Origin: Marsupella aquatica
Lineage: Eukaryota > Plantae > Marchantiophyta
Direction of reading: 5' to 3'
Assembly (NCBI GenBank): GCA_973895155.1
Contig: OZ316899.1
Coordinates: 7,009,241 to 7,073,240 of the forward strand
Length of the DNA: 64,000 bases
The notes beneath the pieces are model-generated. The model was not told where the DNA came from. It ran no database searches and saw only the letters and a program-made list of their open reading frames with translations. Of this stretch, positions 63,101 through 64,000 are shown one piece after another (positions within the stretch are counted from its first letter, which is position 1; each line of letters begins with the position of its first letter). The translations under genes were made by a program, and so were the position numbers.

Positions 63101-64000
63101 CCATTCCGGAATCTCCTCCAACGCAAGTGGAATGACAGTAGACTTACGTAAGTTGAGCCGAGCACCAGATGCAAGTTCGTAACAAGCAATTGCTTCCGTG
63201 ACCTTATTGAAATCTTCTTCAGATGCAGGAATGAACAATCCAAGATCATCTGCAAATAATCTGTAACAGATCATGAGGGCCTCAAAGATTTGAATACCTC
63301 TCAGTCGTCCATGCAGAATCTCCTGATCCAAATAGTCCATGAGAGGTTGAGTAGCAATCGCAAATAAAAGAGGAGATAACGGGCAACCTTGACGGACACC
63401 ACGGAGCAACTGGATTTCCTTCGAGAACATGCCATTCAAATGAACCTTGGAGCCCGCGCCAGTGAGTAAGGATCTCACTAAACTAATGTAGTGACTACCG
63501 AGTCCAAGCAAATGCATAGCTTCCCAGATGTAGGAGTGGCAGACTCTGTCGAAGGCCTTCTCAAAGTCCAACATAAGAAAAAGAGAGCTTTTCTTGTTAA
63601 CTCGTATCCAGTCGACAGTCAGCCAGGCAACCGAGATGTTTTCTAAAATGTGCCTGCTCGGAATGAATCCAGTTTGCTGAGGACTAATAAGCTTGTGTAT
63701 AAGTGGTTTAAGGCGTAAAGCCAAGATCTTAGCCACAACCTTGTAGATGGTATTGAGCATAGTAAGAGGGCGCCAGTCCTTCAAACATCTTTTATTGGGT
63801 TTCTTCGGGATCAATTTGATCACACCTTCCTTCATGTTAGCCGAAAATTTTCCTGTTCTCAAGAAATCCAGAATCATCTCATAAATGTCTTCTTTCATAA
63901 AGTGCCAACAAGATCTGTACACTTTGGCAGTGATACCATCAGGTCCCGGTGCTTTGTCAGCCGGAAGTAACCAAAGAGTAGAACGAATCTCCTCCATCGA
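57106..64000 (+). repeat. Near-identical duplicate of 19835-26730 (partial LTR, PBS, gag, PR, RT, L1 3' part)
   Basis: Constant offset of 37271/37270. Same frameshifts and same L1 junction. About 8 differences seen by eye. Confidence 0.95.

Overview
Gene-free, plant-type heterochromatic window made entirely of nested retroelements. A non-seed plant such as a fern is a guess from the element types. I resolved most junctions by target-site duplication (TSD). (1) A minus-strand non-chromovirus Ty3/Gypsy gag (1-5308) is split by a 3.1-kb solo LTR. (2) A family of ~4.5-4.8-kb TG..CA units (5313-11746, 36860-49953, 40733-48977) behaves as LTRs/solo LTRs, yet each carries a ~1,140-codon gene (PMD/plant-transposon-like domain plus coiled coil). 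Two more divergent homologues lie at 18493-19047 and 53252-57102. (3) A full-length chromodomain Gypsy (19456-36674) and its relatives have LTRs bounded by AGT...ACT instead of TG...CA. (4) There is one intact two-ORF RTEX-like LINE (7314-11666) and three L1-type LINEs. (5) An Athila-like pol relic, a Bianca-like Copia relic and two further solo LTRs are present. (6) A near-identical recent duplication of 19835-26730 sits at 57106-64000. No host gene, tRNA, rRNA or CRISPR array was found.
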